Shown: one piece after another, positions 21,059-42,797 of the stretch
Layout of the letters: every line of letters starts with the position of its first letter
Position numbering within the stretch: position 1 is the first letter of the stretch
Origin: the human T2T-CHM13v2.0 reference genome, Homo sapiens
Length of the DNA stretch: 64,000 nt
Reading direction: 5' to 3' (one strand)
NCBI RefSeq assembly: GCF_009914755.1
Contig: NC_060948.1
Notes under the pieces: model-generated
What the model was told of the DNA's origin: nothing
The model's database searches: none
Seen by the model: the letters and a program-made list of their open reading frames with translations, nothing else
Translations under genes and position numbers: made by a program

Positions 21059-23163
21059 AGATCCATATTTTTTAAATGAAAAAAAATTTCAAAGGTACTC
21101 TGCTTGGTACAATAATCAAATGTATAAACTGAGGAATAAAACATAACCATGAAACCTACTTATAACTGCATATGGAAAATACAGAGGATAATTTTTTAAA
21201 TAACATATTTTGAAAGCCTTAACTAGTAATTTGAAGAGTTGGCATTTGAAAGGCCAGTATGAATATACCTTCAATGCAGCAACACAGGTTCCCCATGAGA
21301 AAAAGCAAACACAGGGAAAATAAAAACACAAAGGTTCAATCTCTTCTGACCTTTGAAAGACACAGCACAGACAGTGGTCCTTAGGACGAAGAGCAGGAGA
21401 CCCCTAATTCCTTCACCATGGCGATAGGGCATAAACATTGCTGGGTGAGGGCACAATCCACATTGTGAGGTCCAACTGCTGCCAGGAAGACAGGAGTGCT
21501 TTTACATAGACCGAAAGGTCATTGAAGGCTCAGAGTTTTGTTTCAAGAACCGAATCCCAAGCCCACACGTTATTAGGCTGCGCTTCTTAAAACAAGTTAT
21601 GAGATGGGAAAAAGGGCACCAACAAACATACGTATACATTATGTATATAATAATATAGAGTGTCATATATATAATATATATAACCTATGTATAATATTGT
21701 TTTACATCCTGCATCTTATGTTATATATATTGTATAAAATATAATAATTGATAATATATAAGTTGTATAATTATACAATATGACATATAGTATATATTAT
21801 AATTTATGACATGTATAATATATGTTATATATCATATACAGAATATATTATATGGTTAATATACGTATTAAATATAAATTATACATTATATATATTATAT
21901 ATAATATATCTGTTATATATAATACCCGTTATGCATAATATATATATTATGTCTATGTTATATATAGTATAAAACAACATATAATAATATATAATTGTAT
22001 ATATAAAATGCGACATATAATATATATTATATTTTATGACATATGTAATATATATTATATATTATATATAATACGTTGTATGTATAATACCTATATTAAA
22101 TATATATTATATGACTATGTTATTAATTACATGTCACATGTGTTATATATTATATATTTTACATAGAATATACCGGTTACATACAATATATACCATGTTA
22201 CCTATAATGTATAATTTATTACATGTAAAATAAAGAATGCAATATATTATGTATAATTTATAATATACAATATGTGGAATGTGATATATATAACATATAA
22301 TATATGATATATGATATACAGTATATGATATATAACATACAATATATGATTCCTAATATATATGGTATACAATATATATTTTATGATATGTATTCTATAT
22401 GTTTTATATTCTGTTATATATAACTATTTGAAATTATATATAACTGTATAATATTTTATGTAAATATGTAATATAATATATATAACTATATAATATATTA
22501 TATATAACTATATATTATGTTATATATACTTTTATAACATTATTTACATAAAATATCATAATATAATATATATTATATTATTTCATATTACATATTATAT
22601 ATTACATATCACCCAATATAACTAACATACATAATATTATAATATAGATTATATTATGTTATATTAAATATCATATATATCATGTATCATATATTCTATA
22701 ATATATATTACACATTATATAATATGTATGTTGTCTATTATGTGATATATATAACTATATATATAATTATATTTTTATACATATAACTAGATAAACATGT
22801 AATTCTACATATTTTCATTTATAATATGTAGAAGTATATAATCATATATAATTATTTATATTCTATACAAAATTTTATCATTATATAAATTGTAATATAT
22901 AAAAATTATAATATGTACTACAAATATATATATTATATATCATATATGATATAGTACCTTTGTTATATATCATAATACATATAAATGTGTATTATGTTAT
23001 CTATAATTATATAATTTCATATATAAGATGTATAATATGTATCATATATTATATATGTTATGTAATATATATAGTATATATAAGATGACACAGGATAAAT
23101 ATTATATACTATGACATATAAAATATATGAGGTTATATGTTACATATAAGGCATAGCACATAA

Positions 23164-23478
<315 letters not shown>

Positions 23479-25583
23479 AGATCCATATTTTTTAAATGAA
23501 AAAAAATTTCAAAGGTACTCTGCTTGGTACAATAATCAAATGTATAAACTGAGGAATAAAACATAACCATGAAACCTACTTATAACTGCATATGGAAAAT
23601 ACAGAGGATAATTTTTTAAATAACATATTTTGAAAGCCTTAACTAGTAATTTGAAGAGTTGGCATTTGAAAGGCCAGTATGAATATACCTTCAAAGCAGC
23701 AACACAGGTTCCCCATGAGAAAAAGCAAACACAGGGAAAATAAAAACACAAAGGTTCAATCTCTTCTGACCTTTGAAAGACACAGCACAGACAGTGGTCC
23801 TTAGGACGAAGAGCAGGAGACCCCTAATTCCGTCACCATGGCGATAGGGCATAAACATTGCTGGGTGAGGGCACAATCCACATTGTGAGGTCCAACTGCT
23901 GCCAGGAAGACAGGAGTGCTTTTACATAGACCGAAAGGTCATTGAAGGCTCAGAGTTTTGTTTCAAGAACTGAATCCCAAGCCCACACGTTATTAGGCTG
24001 CGCTTCTTAAAACAAGTTATGAGATGGGAAAAAGGGCACCCACAAACATAGGTATACATTATGTATATAATAATATAGAGTGTCATATATATAATATATA
24101 TAACCTATGTATAATATTGTTTTACATCCTGCATCTTATGTTATATATATTGTATAAAATATAATAATTGATAATATATAAGTTTCATAATTATACAATA
24201 TGACATACAGTATATATTATAATTTATGACATATATAATATATGTTATATATCATATATAGAATATATTATACGGTTAATATACGTATTAAATATAAATT
24301 ATATATTATATATATTATATATAATATATCTGTTATATATAATACTCATTATGCATAATATATATATTATGTCTATGTTATATATACTATAAAACAACAT
24401 ATAATAATATATAATTGTATATATAAAATGCGACATATAATATATATTATATTTTATAACATATGTAATATATATTATATATAATACGTTGTATGTATAA
24501 TACCTATATTAAATATATATTATATGACTATGTTATTAATTACATGTCACATGTGTTATATATTATATATTTTACATAGAATATACCGGTTACATACAAT
24601 ATATACTATGTTACCTATAATGTATAATTTATTACATGTAAAATAAAGAATGCAATATATTATGTAAAATTTATAATATACAATATGTGGAATGTGATAT
24701 ATATAACATATAATATATGATATATGATATACAGTATATGATATATAACATACAATATATGATTCCTAATATATATGGTATACAATATATATTTTATGAT
24801 ATGTATTCTATATGTTTTATATTCTGTTATATATAACTATTTGAAATTATATATAACTGTATAATATTTGATGTAAATATGTAATATAATATATATAACT
24901 ATATAATATATTATATATAACTATATATTATGTTATATTTACTTTTATAACATAATTTACATAAAATATCATAATATAATATATATTATATTATTTCATA
25001 TTACATAATATATATTACATATCACCCAATATAACTAACATACATAATATTATAATATAGATTATATTATGTTATATTAAATATCATATATATCATGTAT
25101 CATATATTCTATAATATATATTACACATTATATAATATGTATGTTGTCTATTATGTGATATATATAACTATATATATAATTATATTTTTATACATATAAC
25201 TAGATAAACATGTAATTCTACATATTTTCATTTATAATATGTAGAATTATATAATCATATATAATTATTTATATTCTATAAAAAATTTTATCATTATATA
25301 AATTATAATATATAAAAATTATAATATGTACTACAAATATATATATTATATATCATATATGATATAGTACCTTTGTTATATATCATAATACATATAAATG
25401 TGTATTATGTTATCTATAATTATATAATTTCATATATAAGATGTATAATATGTATCATATATTATATATGTTATGTAATATATATAGTATATATAAGATG
25501 ACACAGGATAAATATTATATACTATGACATATAAAATATATGAGGTTATATGTTACATATAAGGCATAGCACATAACATGTAA

Positions 25584-25892
<309 letters not shown>

Positions 25893-27997
25893 AGATCCAT
25901 ATTTTTTAAATGAAAAAAAATTTCAAAGGTACTCTGCTTGGTACAATAATCAAATGTATAAACTGAGGAATAAAACATAACCATGAAACCTACTTATAAC
26001 TGCATATGGAAAATACAGAGGATAATTTTTTAAATAACATATTTTGAAAGCCTTAACTAGTAATTTGAAGAGTTGGCATTTGAAAGGCCAGTATGAATAT
26101 ACCTTCAAAGCAGCAACACAGGTTCCCCATGAGAAAAAGCAAACACAGGGAAAATAAAAACACAAAGGTTCAATCTCTTCTGACCTTTGAAAGACACAGC
26201 ACAGACAGTGGTCCTTAGGACGAAGAGCAGGAGACCCCTAATTCCGTCACCATGGCGATAGGGCATAAATATTGCTGGGTGAGGGCACAATCCACATTGT
26301 GAGGTCCAACTGCTGCCAGGAAGACAGGAGTGCTTTTACATAGACCGAAAGGTCATTGAAGGCTCAGAGTTTTGTTTCAAGAACTGAATCCCAAGCCCAC
26401 ACGTTATTAGGCTGCGCTTCTTAAAACAAGTTATGAGATGGGAAAAAGGGCACCCACACACATACGTATACATTATGTATATAATAATATACAGTGTCAT
26501 ATATATAATATATATAACCTATTTATAATATAGTTTTACATCCTGCATCTTATGTTATTTATATTGTATAAAATATAATAATTGATAATATATAAGTTTT
26601 ATAATTATACAATATGACATATAGTATATATTATAATTTATGACATATATAATATATGTTATATATCATATATAGAATATATTATACGGTTAATATACGT
26701 ATTAAATATAAATTATACATTATATATATTATATATAATATATCTGTTATATATAATACACATTATGCATAATATATATATTATGTCTATGTTATATATA
26801 GTATAAAACAACATATAATAATATATAATTGTATATATAAAATGCGACATATAATATATATTATATTTTATAACATATGTAATATATATTATATATTATA
26901 TATAATACCTTGTATGTATAATACCTATATTAAATATATATTATATGACTATGTTATTAATTACATGTCACATGTGTTATATATTATATATTTTACATAG
27001 AATATACCGGTTACATACAATATATACTATGTTACCTATAATGTATAATTTATTACATGTAAAATAAAGAATGCAATATATTATGTATAATTTATAATAT
27101 ACAATATGTGGAATGTGATATATATAACATATAATATATGATATATGATATACAGTATATGATATATAACATACAATATATGATTCCTAATATATATGGT
27201 ATACAATATATATTTTATGATATGTATTCTATATGTTTTATATTCTGTTATATATAACTATTTGAAATTATATATAACTGTATAATATTTTATGTAAATA
27301 TGTAATATAATATATATAACTATATAATATATTATATATAACTATATATTATGTCATATATACTTTTATAACATAATTTACATAAAATATCATAATATAA
27401 TATATATTATATTATTTCATATTACATAATATATATTACATATCACCCAATATAACTAACATACATAATATTATAATATAGATTATATTATGTTATATTA
27501 AATATCATATATATCATGTATCATATATTCTATAATATATATTACACATTATATAATATGTATGTTGTCTATTATGTGATATATATAACTATATATATAA
27601 TTATATTTTTATACATATAACTAGATAAACATGTAATTCTACATATTTTCATTTATAATATGTAGAATTATATAATCATATATAATTATTTATATTCTAT
27701 AAAAAATTTTATCATTATATATATTATAATATATAAAAATTATAATATGTACTACAAATATATATATTATATATCATATATGATATAGTACCTTTGTTAT
27801 ATATCATAATACATATAAATGTGTATTATGTTATCTATAATTATATAATTTCATATATAAGATGTATAATATGTATCATATATTATAGATGTTATGTAAT
27901 ATATATAGTATATATAAGATGACACAGGATAAATATTATATACTATGACATATAAAATATATGAGGTTATATGTTACATATAAGGCATAGCACATAA

Positions 27998-28312
<315 letters not shown>

Positions 28313-30410
28313 AGATCCATATTTTTTAAATGAAAAAAAATTTCAAAGGTACTCTGCTTGGTACAATAATCAAATGTATAAACTGAGGAATAAAACATAA
28401 CCATGAAACCTACTTATAACTGCATATGGAAAATACAGAGGATAATTTTTTAAATAACATATTTTGAAAGCCTTAACTAGTAATTTGAAGAGTTGGCATT
28501 TGAAAGGCCAGTATGAATATACCTTCAAAGCAGCAACACAGGTTCCCCATGAGAAAAAGCAAACACAGGGAAAATAAAACCACAAAGGTTCAATCTCTGC
28601 TGACCTTTGAAAGACACAGCACAGACAGTGGTCCTTAGGACGAAGAGCAGGAGACCCCTAATTCCGTCACCATGGCGATAGGGCATAAACATTGCTGGGT
28701 GAGGGCACAATCCACATTGTGAGGTCCAACTGCTGCCAGGAAGACAGGAGTGCTTTTACATAGACCGAAAAGTCATTGAAGGCTCAGAGTTTTGTTTCAA
28801 GAACTGAATCCCAAGCCCACACGTTATTAGGCTGCGCTTCTTAAAACAAGTTATGAGATGGGAAAAAGGGCACCCAGAAACATACGTATACATTATGTAT
28901 ATAATAATATACAGTGTCATATATATAATATATATAACCTATGTATAATATTGTTTTACATCCTGCATCTTATGTTATATATATTGTATAAAATATAATA
29001 ATTGATAATATATAAGTTTTATAATTATACAATATGACATACAGTATATATTATAATTTATGACATATATAATATATGTTATATATCATATATAGAATAT
29101 ATTATACGGTTAATGTACGTATTAAATATAAATTATACATTATATATATTATATATAATATATCTGTTATATATAATACTCATTATGCATAATATATATA
29201 TTATGTCTATGTTATATATAGTATAAAACAACATATAATAATATATAATTGTATATATAAAATGCGACATATAATATATATTATATTTTATAACATATGT
29301 AATATATATTATATATAATACGTTGTATGTATAATACCTATATTAAATATATATTATATGACTATGTTATTAATTACATGTCACATGTGTTATATATTAT
29401 ATATTTTACATAGAATATACGGGTTACATACAATATATACTATGTTACCTATAGTGTATAATTTATTACATGTAAAATAAAGAATGCAATATATTATGTA
29501 AAATTTATGATATACAATATGTGGAATGTGATATATATAACATATAATATATGATATATGATATACAGTATATGATATATAACATACAATATATGATTCC
29601 TAATATATATGGTATACAATATATATTTTATGATATGTATACTATATGTTTTATATTCTGTTATATATAACTATTTGAAATTATATATAACTGTATAATA
29701 TTTTATGTAAATATGTAATATAATATATATAACAATATAATATATTATATATAACTATATATTATGTTATATATACTTTTATAACATAATTTACATAAAA
29801 TATCATAATATAATATATATTATATTATTTCATATTACATAATATATATTACATATCACCCAATATAACTAACATACATAATATTATAATATAGATTATA
29901 TTATGTTATATTAAATATCATATATATCATGTATCATATATTCTATAATATATATTACACATTATATAATATGTATGATGTCTATTATGTGATATATATA
30001 ACTATATATATAATTATATTTTTATACATATAACTAGATAAACATGTAATTCTACATATTTTCATTTATAATATGTAGAATTATATAATCATATATAATT
30101 ATTTATATTCTATAAAAAATTTTATCATTATATAAATTATAATATATAAAAATTATAATATATACTACAAATATATATATTATATATCATATATGATATA
30201 GTACCTTTGTTATATATCATAATACATATAAATGTGTATTATGTTATCTATAATTATATAATTTCATATATAAGATGTATAATATGTATCATATATTATA
30301 TATGTTATGTAATATATATAGTATATATATGATGACACAGGATAAATATTATATACTATGACATATAAAATATATGAGGTTATATGTTACATATAAGGCA
30401 TAGCACATAA

Positions 30411-30725
<315 letters not shown>

Positions 30726-32823
30726 AGATCCATATTTTTTAAATGAAAAAAAATTTCAAAGGTACTCTGCTTGGTACAATAATCAAATGTATAAACTGAG
30801 GAATAAAACATAACCATGAAACCTACTTATAACTGCATATGGAAAATACAGAGGATAATTTTTTAAATAACATATTTTGAAAGCCTTAACTAGTAATTTG
30901 AAGAGTTGGCATTTGAAAGGCCAGTATGAATATACCTTCAAAGCAGCAACACAGGTTCCCCATGAGAAAAAGCAAACACAGGGAAAATAAAACCACAAAG
31001 GTTCAATCTCTTCTGACCTTTGAAAGACACAGCACAGACAGTGGTCCTTAGGACGAAGAGCAGGAGACCCCTAATTCCGTCACCATGGCGATAGGGCATA
31101 AACATTGCTGGGTGAGGGCACAATCCACATTGTGAGGTCCAACTGCTGCCAGGAAGACAGGAGTGCTTTTACATAGACCGAAAGGTCATTGAAGGCTCAG
31201 AGTTTTGTTTCAAGAACTGAATCCCAAGCCCACACGTTATTAGGCTGCGCTTCTTAAAACAAGTTATGAGATGGGAAAAAGGGCACCCAGAAACATACGT
31301 ATACATTATGTATATAATAATATACAGTGTCATATATATAATATATATAACCTATGTATAATACTGTTTTACATCCTGCATCTTATGTTATATATATTGT
31401 ATAAAATATAATAATTGATAATATATAAGTTTTATAATTATACAATATGACATACAGTATATATTATAATTTATGACATATATAATATATGTTATATATC
31501 ATATATAGAATATATTATACGGTTAATATACGTATTAAATATAAATTATACATTATATATATTATATAGAATATATCTGTTATATATAATACTCATTATG
31601 CATAATATATATATTATGTCTATGTTATATATAGTATAAAACAACATATAATAATATATAATTGTATATATAAAATGCGACATATAATATATATTATATT
31701 TTATAACATATGTAATATATATTATATATAATACGTTGTATGTATAATACCTATATTAAATATATATTATATGACTATGTTATTAATTACATGTCACATG
31801 TGTTATATATTATATATTTTACATAGAATATACCGGTTACATACAATATATACTATGTTACCTATAATGTATAATTTATTACATGTAAAATAAAGAATGC
31901 AATATATTATGTAAAATTTATAATATACAATATGTGGAATGTGATATATATAACATATAATATATGATATATGATATACAGTATATGATATATAACATAC
32001 AATATATGATTCCTAATATATATGGTATACAATATATATTTTATGATATGTATACTATATGTTTTATATTCTGTTATATATAACTATTTGAAATTATATA
32101 TAACTGTATAATATTTTATGTAAATATGTAATATAATATATATAACAATATAATATATTATATATAACTATATATTATGTTATATATACTTTTATAACAT
32201 AATTTACATAAAATATCATAATATAATATATATTATATTATTTCATATTACATAATATATATTACATATCACCCAATATAACTAACATACATAATATTAT
32301 AATATAGATTATATTATGTTATATTAAATATCATATATATCATGTATCATATATTCTATAATATATATTACACATTATATAATATGTATGATGTCTATTA
32401 TGTGATATATATAACTATATATATAATTATATTTTTATACATATAACTAGATAAACATGTAATTCTACATATTTTCATTTATAATATGTAGAATTATATA
32501 ATCATATATAATTATTTATATTCTATAAAAAATTTTATCATTATATAAATTATAATATATAAAAATTATAATATATACTACAAATATATATATTATATAT
32601 CATATATGATATAGTACCTTTGTTATATATCATAATACATATAAATGTGTATTATGTTATCTATAATTATATAATTTCATATATAAGATGTATAATATGT
32701 ATCATATATTATATATGTTATGTAATATATATAGTATATATATGATGACACAGGATAAATATTATATACTATGACATATAAAATATATGAGGTTATATGT
32801 TACATATAAGGCATAGCACATAA

Positions 32824-33138
<315 letters not shown>

Positions 33139-35236
33139 AGATCCATATTTTTTAAATGAAAAAAAATTTCAAAGGTACTCTGCTTGGTACAATAATCAAA
33201 TGTATAAACTGAGGAATAAAACATAACCATGAAACCTACTTATAACTGCATATGGAAAATACAGAGGATAATTTTTTAAATAACATATTTTGAAAGCCTT
33301 AACTAGTAATTTGAAGAGTTGGCATTTGAAAGGCCAGTATGAATATACCTTCAAAGCAGCAACACAGGTTCCCCATGAGAAAAAGCAAACACAGGGAAAA
33401 TAAAACCACAAAGGTTCAATCTCTTCTGACCTTTGAAAGACACAGCACAGACAGTGGTCCTTAGGACGAAGAGCAGGAGACCCCTAATTCCGTCACCATG
33501 GCGATAGGGCATAAACATTGCTGGGTGAGGGCACAATCCACATTGTGAGGTCCAACTGCTGCCAGGAAGACAGGAGTGCTTTTACATAGACCGAAAGGTC
33601 ATTGAAGGCTCAGAGTTTTGTTTCAAGAACTGAATCCCAAGCCCACACGTTATTAGGCTGCGCTTCTTAAAACAAGTTATGAGATGGGAAAAAGGGCACC
33701 CAGAAACATACGTATACATTATGTATATAATAATATACAGTGTCATATATATAATATATATAACCTATGTATAATATTGTTTTACATCCTGCATCTTATG
33801 TTATATATATTGTATAAAATATAATAATTGATAATATATAAGTTTTATAATTATACAATATGACATACAGTATATATTATAATTTATGACATATATAATA
33901 TATGTTATATATCATATATAGAATATATTATACGGTTAATATACGTATTAAATATAAATTATACATTATATATATTATATATAATATATCTGTTATATAT
34001 AATACTCATTATGCATAATATATATATTATGTCTATGTTATATATAGTATAAAACAACATATAATAATATATAATTGTATATATAAAATGCGACATATAA
34101 TATATATTATATTTTATAACATATGTAATATATATTATATATAATACGTTGTATGTATAATACCTATATTAAATATATATTATATGACTATGTTATTAAT
34201 TACATGTCACATGTGTTATATATTATATATTTTACAAAGAATATACCGGTTACATACAATATATACTATGTTACCTATAATGTATAATTTATTACATGTA
34301 AAATAAAGAATGCAATATATTATGTAAAATTTATAATATACAATATGTGGAATGTGATATATATAACATATAATATATGATATATGATATACAGTATATG
34401 ATATATAACATACAATATATGATTCCTAATATATATGGTATACAATATATATTTTATGATATGTATACTATATGTTTTATATTCTGTTATATATAACTAT
34501 TTGAAATTATATATAACTGTATAATATTTTATGTAAATATGTAATATAATATATATAACAATATAATATATTATATATAACTATATATTATGTTATATAT
34601 ACTTTTATAACATAATTTACATAAAATATCATAATATAATATATATTATATTATTTCATATTACATAATATATATTACATATCACCCAATATAACTAACA
34701 TACATAATATTATAATATAGATTATATTATGTTATATTAAATATCATATATATCATGTATCATATATTCTATAATATATATTACACATTATATAATATGT
34801 ATGATGTCTATTATGTGATATATATAACTATATATATAATTATATTTTTATACATATAACTAGATAAACATGTAATTCTACATATTTTCATTTATAATAT
34901 GTAGAATTATATAATCATATATAATTATTTATATTCTATAAAAAATTTTATCATTATATAAATTATAATATATAAAAATTATAATATATACTACAAATAT
35001 ATATATTATATATCATATATGATATAGTACCTTTGTTATATATCATAATACATATAAATGTGTATTATGTTATCTATAATTATATAATTTCATATATAAG
35101 ATGTATAATATGTATCATATATTATATATGTTATGTAATATATATAGTATATATATGATGACACATGATAAATATTATATACTATGACATATAAAATATA
35201 TGAGGTTATATGTTACATATAAGGCATAGCACATAA

Positions 35237-35551
<315 letters not shown>

Positions 35552-37649
35552 AGATCCATATTTTTTAAATGAAAAAAAATTTCAAAGGTACTCTGCTTGG
35601 TACAATAATCAAATGTATAAACTGAGGAATAAAACATAACCATGAAACCTACTTATAACTGCATATGGAAAATACAGAGGATAATTTTTTAAATAACATA
35701 GTTTGAAAGCCTTAACTAGTAATTTGAAGAGTTGGCATTTGAAAGGCCAGTATGAATATACCTTCAAAGCAGCAACACAGGTTCCCCATGAGAAAAAGCA
35801 AACACAGGGAAAATAAAAACACAAAGGTTCAATCTCTTCTGACCTTTGAAAGACACAGCACAGACAGTGGTCCTTAGGACGAAGAGCAGGAGACCCCTAA
35901 TTCCGTCACCATGGCGATAGGGCATAAACATTGCTGGGTGAGGGCACAATCCACATTGTGAGGTCCAACTGCTGCCAGGAAGACAGGAGTGCTTTTACAT
36001 AGACCGAAAGGTCATTGAAGGCTCAGAGTTTTGTTTCAAGAACTGAATCCCAAGCCCACACGTTATTAGGCTGCGCTTCTTAAAACAAGTTATGAGATGG
36101 GAAAAAGGGCACCCACAAACATACGTATACATTATGTATATAATAATATACAGTGTCATATATATAATATATATAACCTATGTATAATATTGTTTTACAT
36201 CCTGCATCTTATGTTATATATATTGTATAAAATATAATAATTCATAATATATAAGTTTTATAATTATACAATATGACATATAGTATATATTATAATTTAT
36301 GACATATATAATATATGTTATATATCATATATAGAATATATTATACGGTTAATATACGTATTAAATATAAATTATACATTATATATATTATATATAATAT
36401 ATCTGTTATATATAATACTCATTATGCATAATATATATATTATGTCTATGTTATATATAGTATAAAACAACATATAATAATATATAATTGTATATATAAA
36501 ATGCGACATATAATATATATTATATTTTATAACATATGTAATATATATTATATATAATACGTTGTATGTATAATACCTATATTAAATATATATTATATGA
36601 CTATGTTATTAATTACATGTCACATGTGTTATATATTATATATTTTACAAAGAATATACCGGTTACATACAATATATACTATGTTACCTATAATGTATAA
36701 TTTATTACATGTAAAATAAAGAATGCAATATATTATGTAAAATTTATAATATACAATATGTGGAATGTGATATATATAACATATAATATATGATATATGA
36801 TATACAGTATATGATATATAACATACAATATATGATTCCTAATATATATGGTATACAATATATATTTTATGATATGTATACTATATGTTTTATATTCTGT
36901 TATATATAACTATTTGAAATTATATATAACTGTATAATATTTTATGTAAATATGTAATATAATATATATAACAATATAATATATTATATATAACTATATA
37001 TTATGTTATATATACTTTTATAACATAATTTACATAAAATATCATAATATAATATATATTATATTATTTCATATTACATAATATATATTACATATCACCC
37101 AATATAACTAACATACATAATATTATAATATAGATTATATTATGTTATATTAAATATCATATATATCATGTATCATATATTCTATAATATATATTACACA
37201 TTATATAATATGTATGATGTCTATTATGTGATATATATAACTATATATATAATTATATTTTTATACATATAACTAGATAAACATGTAATTCTACATATTT
37301 TCATTTATAATATGTAGAATTATATAATCATATATAATTATTTATATTCTATAAAAAATTTTATCATTATATAAATTATAATATATAAAAATTATAATAT
37401 ATACTACAAATATATATATTATATATCATATATGATATAGTACCTTTGTTATATATCATAATACATATAAATGTGTATTATGTTATCTATAATTATATAA
37501 TTTCATATATAAGATGTATAATATGTATCATATATTATATATGTTATGTAATATATATAGTATATATATGATGACACATGATAAATATTATATACTATGA
37601 CATATAAAATATATGAGGTTATATGTTACATATAAGGCATAGCACATAA

Positions 37650-37964
<315 letters not shown>

Positions 37965-40069
37965 AGATCCATATTTTTTAAATGAAAAAAAATTTCAAAG
38001 GTACTCTGCTTGGTACAATAATCAAATGTATAAACTGAGGAATAAAACATAACCATGAAACCTACTTATAACTGCATATGGAAAATACAGAGGATAATTT
38101 TTTAAATAACATAGTTTGAAAGCCTTAACTAGTAATTTGAAGAGTTGGCATTTGAAAGGCCAGTATGAATATACCTTCAAAGCAGCAACACAGGTTCCCC
38201 ATGAGAAAAAGCAAACACAGGGAAAATAAAAACACAAAGGTTCAATCTCTTCTGACCTTTGAAAGACACAGCACAGACAGTGGTCCTTAGGACGAAGAGC
38301 AGGAGACCCCTAATTCCGTCACCATGGCGATAGGGCATAAACATTGCTGGGTGAGGGCACAATCCACATTGTGAGGTCCAACTGCTGCCAGGAAGACAGG
38401 AGTGCTTTTACATAGACCGAAAGGTCATTGAAGGCTCAGAGTTTTGTTTCAAGAACTGAATCCCAAGCCCACACGTTATTAGGCTGCGCTTCTTAAAACA
38501 AGTTATGAGATGGGAAAAAGGGCACCCACAAACATACGTATACATTATGTATATAATAATATACAGTGTCATATATATAATATATATAACCTATGTATAA
38601 TATTGTTTTACATCCTGCATCTTATGTTATATATATTGTATAAAATATAATAATTCATAATATATAAGTTTTATAATTATACAATATGACATATAGTATA
38701 TATTATAATTTATGACATGTATAATATATGTTATATATCATATACAGAATATATTATACGGTTAATATACGTATTAAATATAAATTATACATTATATATA
38801 TTATATATAATATATCTGTTATATATAATACCCGTTATGCATAATATATATATTATGTCTATGTTATATATAGTATAAAACAACATATAATAATATATAA
38901 TTGTATATATAAAATGCGACATATAATATATATTATATTTTATGACATATGTAATATATATTATATATTATATATAATACGTTGTATGTATAATACCTAT
39001 ATTAAATATATATTATATGACTATGTTATTAATTACATGTCACATGTGTTATATATTATATATTTTACATAGAATATACCGGTTACATACAATATATACC
39101 ATGTTACCTATAATGTATAATTTATTACATGTAAAATAAAGAATGCAATATATTATGTATAATTTATAATATACAATATGTGGAATGTGATATATATAAC
39201 ATATAATATATGATATATGATATACAGTATATGATATATAACATACAATATATGATTCCTAATATATATGGTATACAATATATATTTTATGATATGTATT
39301 CTATATGTTTTATATTCTGTTATATATAACTATTTGAAATTATATATAACTGTATAATATTTTATGTAAATATGTAATATAATATATATAACTATATAAT
39401 ATATTATATATAACTATATATTATGTTATATATACTTTTATAACATTATTTACATAAAATATCATAATATAATATATATTATATTATTTCATATTACATA
39501 ATATATATTACATATCACCCAATATAACTAACATACATAATATTATAATATAGATTATATTATGTTATATTAAATATCATATATATCATGTATCATATAT
39601 TCTATAATATATATTACACATTATATAATATGTATGTTGTCTATTATGTGATATATATAACTATATATATAATTATATTTTTATACATATAACTAGATAA
39701 ACATGTAATTCTACATATTTTCATTTATAATATGTAGAAGTATATAATCATATATAATTATTTATATTCTATACAAAATTTTATCATTATATAAATTGTA
39801 ATATATAAAAATTATAATATGTACTACAAATATATATATTATATATCATATATGATATAGTACCTTTGTTATATATCATAATACATATAAATGTGTATTA
39901 TGTTATCTATAATTATATAATTTCATATATAAGATGTATAATATGTATCATATATTATATATGTTATGTAATATATATAGTATATATAAGATGACACAGG
40001 ATAAATATTATATACTATGACATATAAAATATATGAGGTTATATGTTACATATAAGGCATAGCACATAA

Positions 40070-40384
<315 letters not shown>

Positions 40385-42482
40385 AGATCCATATTTTTTA
40401 AATGAAAAAAAATTTCAAAGGTACTCTGCTTGGTACAATAATCAAATGTATAAACTGAGGAATAAAACATAACCATGAAACCTACTTATAACTGCATATG
40501 GAAAATACAGAGGATAATTTTTTAAATAACATATTTTGAAAGCCTTAACTAGTAATTTGAAGAGTTGGCATTTGAAAGGCCAGTATGAATATACCTTCAA
40601 AGCAGCAACACAGGTTCCCCATGAGAAAAAGCAAACACAGGGAAAATAAAAACACAAAGGTTCAATCTCTTCTGACCTTTGAAAGACACAGCACAGACAG
40701 TGGTCCTTAGGACGAAGAGCAGGAGACCCCTAATTCCGTCACCATGGCGATAGGGCATAAACATTGCTGGGTGAGGGCACAATCCACATTGTGAGGTCCA
40801 ACTGCTGCCAGGAAGACAGGAGTGCTTTTACATAGACCGAAAGGTCATTGAAGGCTCAGAGTTTTGTTTCAAGAACTGAATCCCAAGCCCACACGTTATT
40901 AGGCTGCGCTTCTTAAAACAAGTTATGAGATGGGAAAAAGGGCACCCACAAACATAGGTATACATTATGTATATAATAATATAGAGTGTCATATATATAA
41001 TATATATAACCTATGTATAATATTGTTTTACATCCTGCATCTTATGTTATATATATTGTATAAAATATAATAATTGATAATATATAAGATTTATAATTAT
41101 ACAATATGACATATAGTATATATTATAATTTATGACATATATAATATATGTTATATATCATATACAGAATATATTATACGGTTGATATACGTATTAAATA
41201 TAAATTATATATTATATATATTATATATAATATATCTGTTATATATAATACCCATTATGCATAATATATATATTATGTCTATGTTATATATAGTATAAAA
41301 CAACATATAATAATATATAATTGTATATATAAAATGCGACATATAATATATATTATATTTTATAACATATGTAATATATATTATATATAATACGTTGTAT
41401 GTATAATACCTATATTAAATATATATTATATGACTATGTTATTAATTACATGTCACATGTGTTATATATTATATATTTTACATAGAATATACCGGTTACA
41501 TACAATATATACTATGTTACCTATAATGTATAATTTATTACATGTAAAATAAAGAATGCAATATATTATGTATAATTTATAATATACCATATGTGGAATG
41601 TGATATATATAACATATAATATATGATATATGATATACAGTATATGATATATAACATACAATATATGATTCCTAATATATATGGTATACAATATATATTT
41701 TATGATATGTATTCTATATGTTTTATATTCTGTTATATATAACTATTTGAAATTATATATAACTGTATAATATTTTATGTAAATATGTAATATAATATAT
41801 ATAACTGTATAATATATTATATATAACTATATATTATGTTATATATACTTTTATAACATAATTTACATAAAATATCATAATATAATATATATTATATTAT
41901 TTCATATTACATAATATATATTACATATCACCCAATATAACTAACATACATAATATTATAATATAGATTATATTGTGTTATATTAAATATCATATATATC
42001 ATGTATCATATATTCTATAATATATATTACACATTATATAATATGTATGTTGTCTATTATGTGATATATATAACTATATATATAATTATGTTTTTATACA
42101 TATAACTAGATAAACATGTAATTCTACATATTTTCATTTATAATATGTAGAATTATATAATCATATATAATTATTTATATTCTATAAAAAATTTTATCAT
42201 TATATAAATTATAATATATAAAAATTATAATATGTACTACAAATATATATATTATATATCATATATGATATAGTACCTTTGTTATATATCATAATACATA
42301 TAAATGTGTATTATGTTATCTATAATTATATATTTTCATATATAAGATGTATAATATGTATCATATATTATATATGTTATGTAATATATATAGTATATAT
42401 AAGATGACACAGGATAAATATTATATACTATGACATATAAAATATATGAGGTTATATGTTACATATAAGGCATAGCACATAA

Positions 42483-42797
<315 letters not shown>
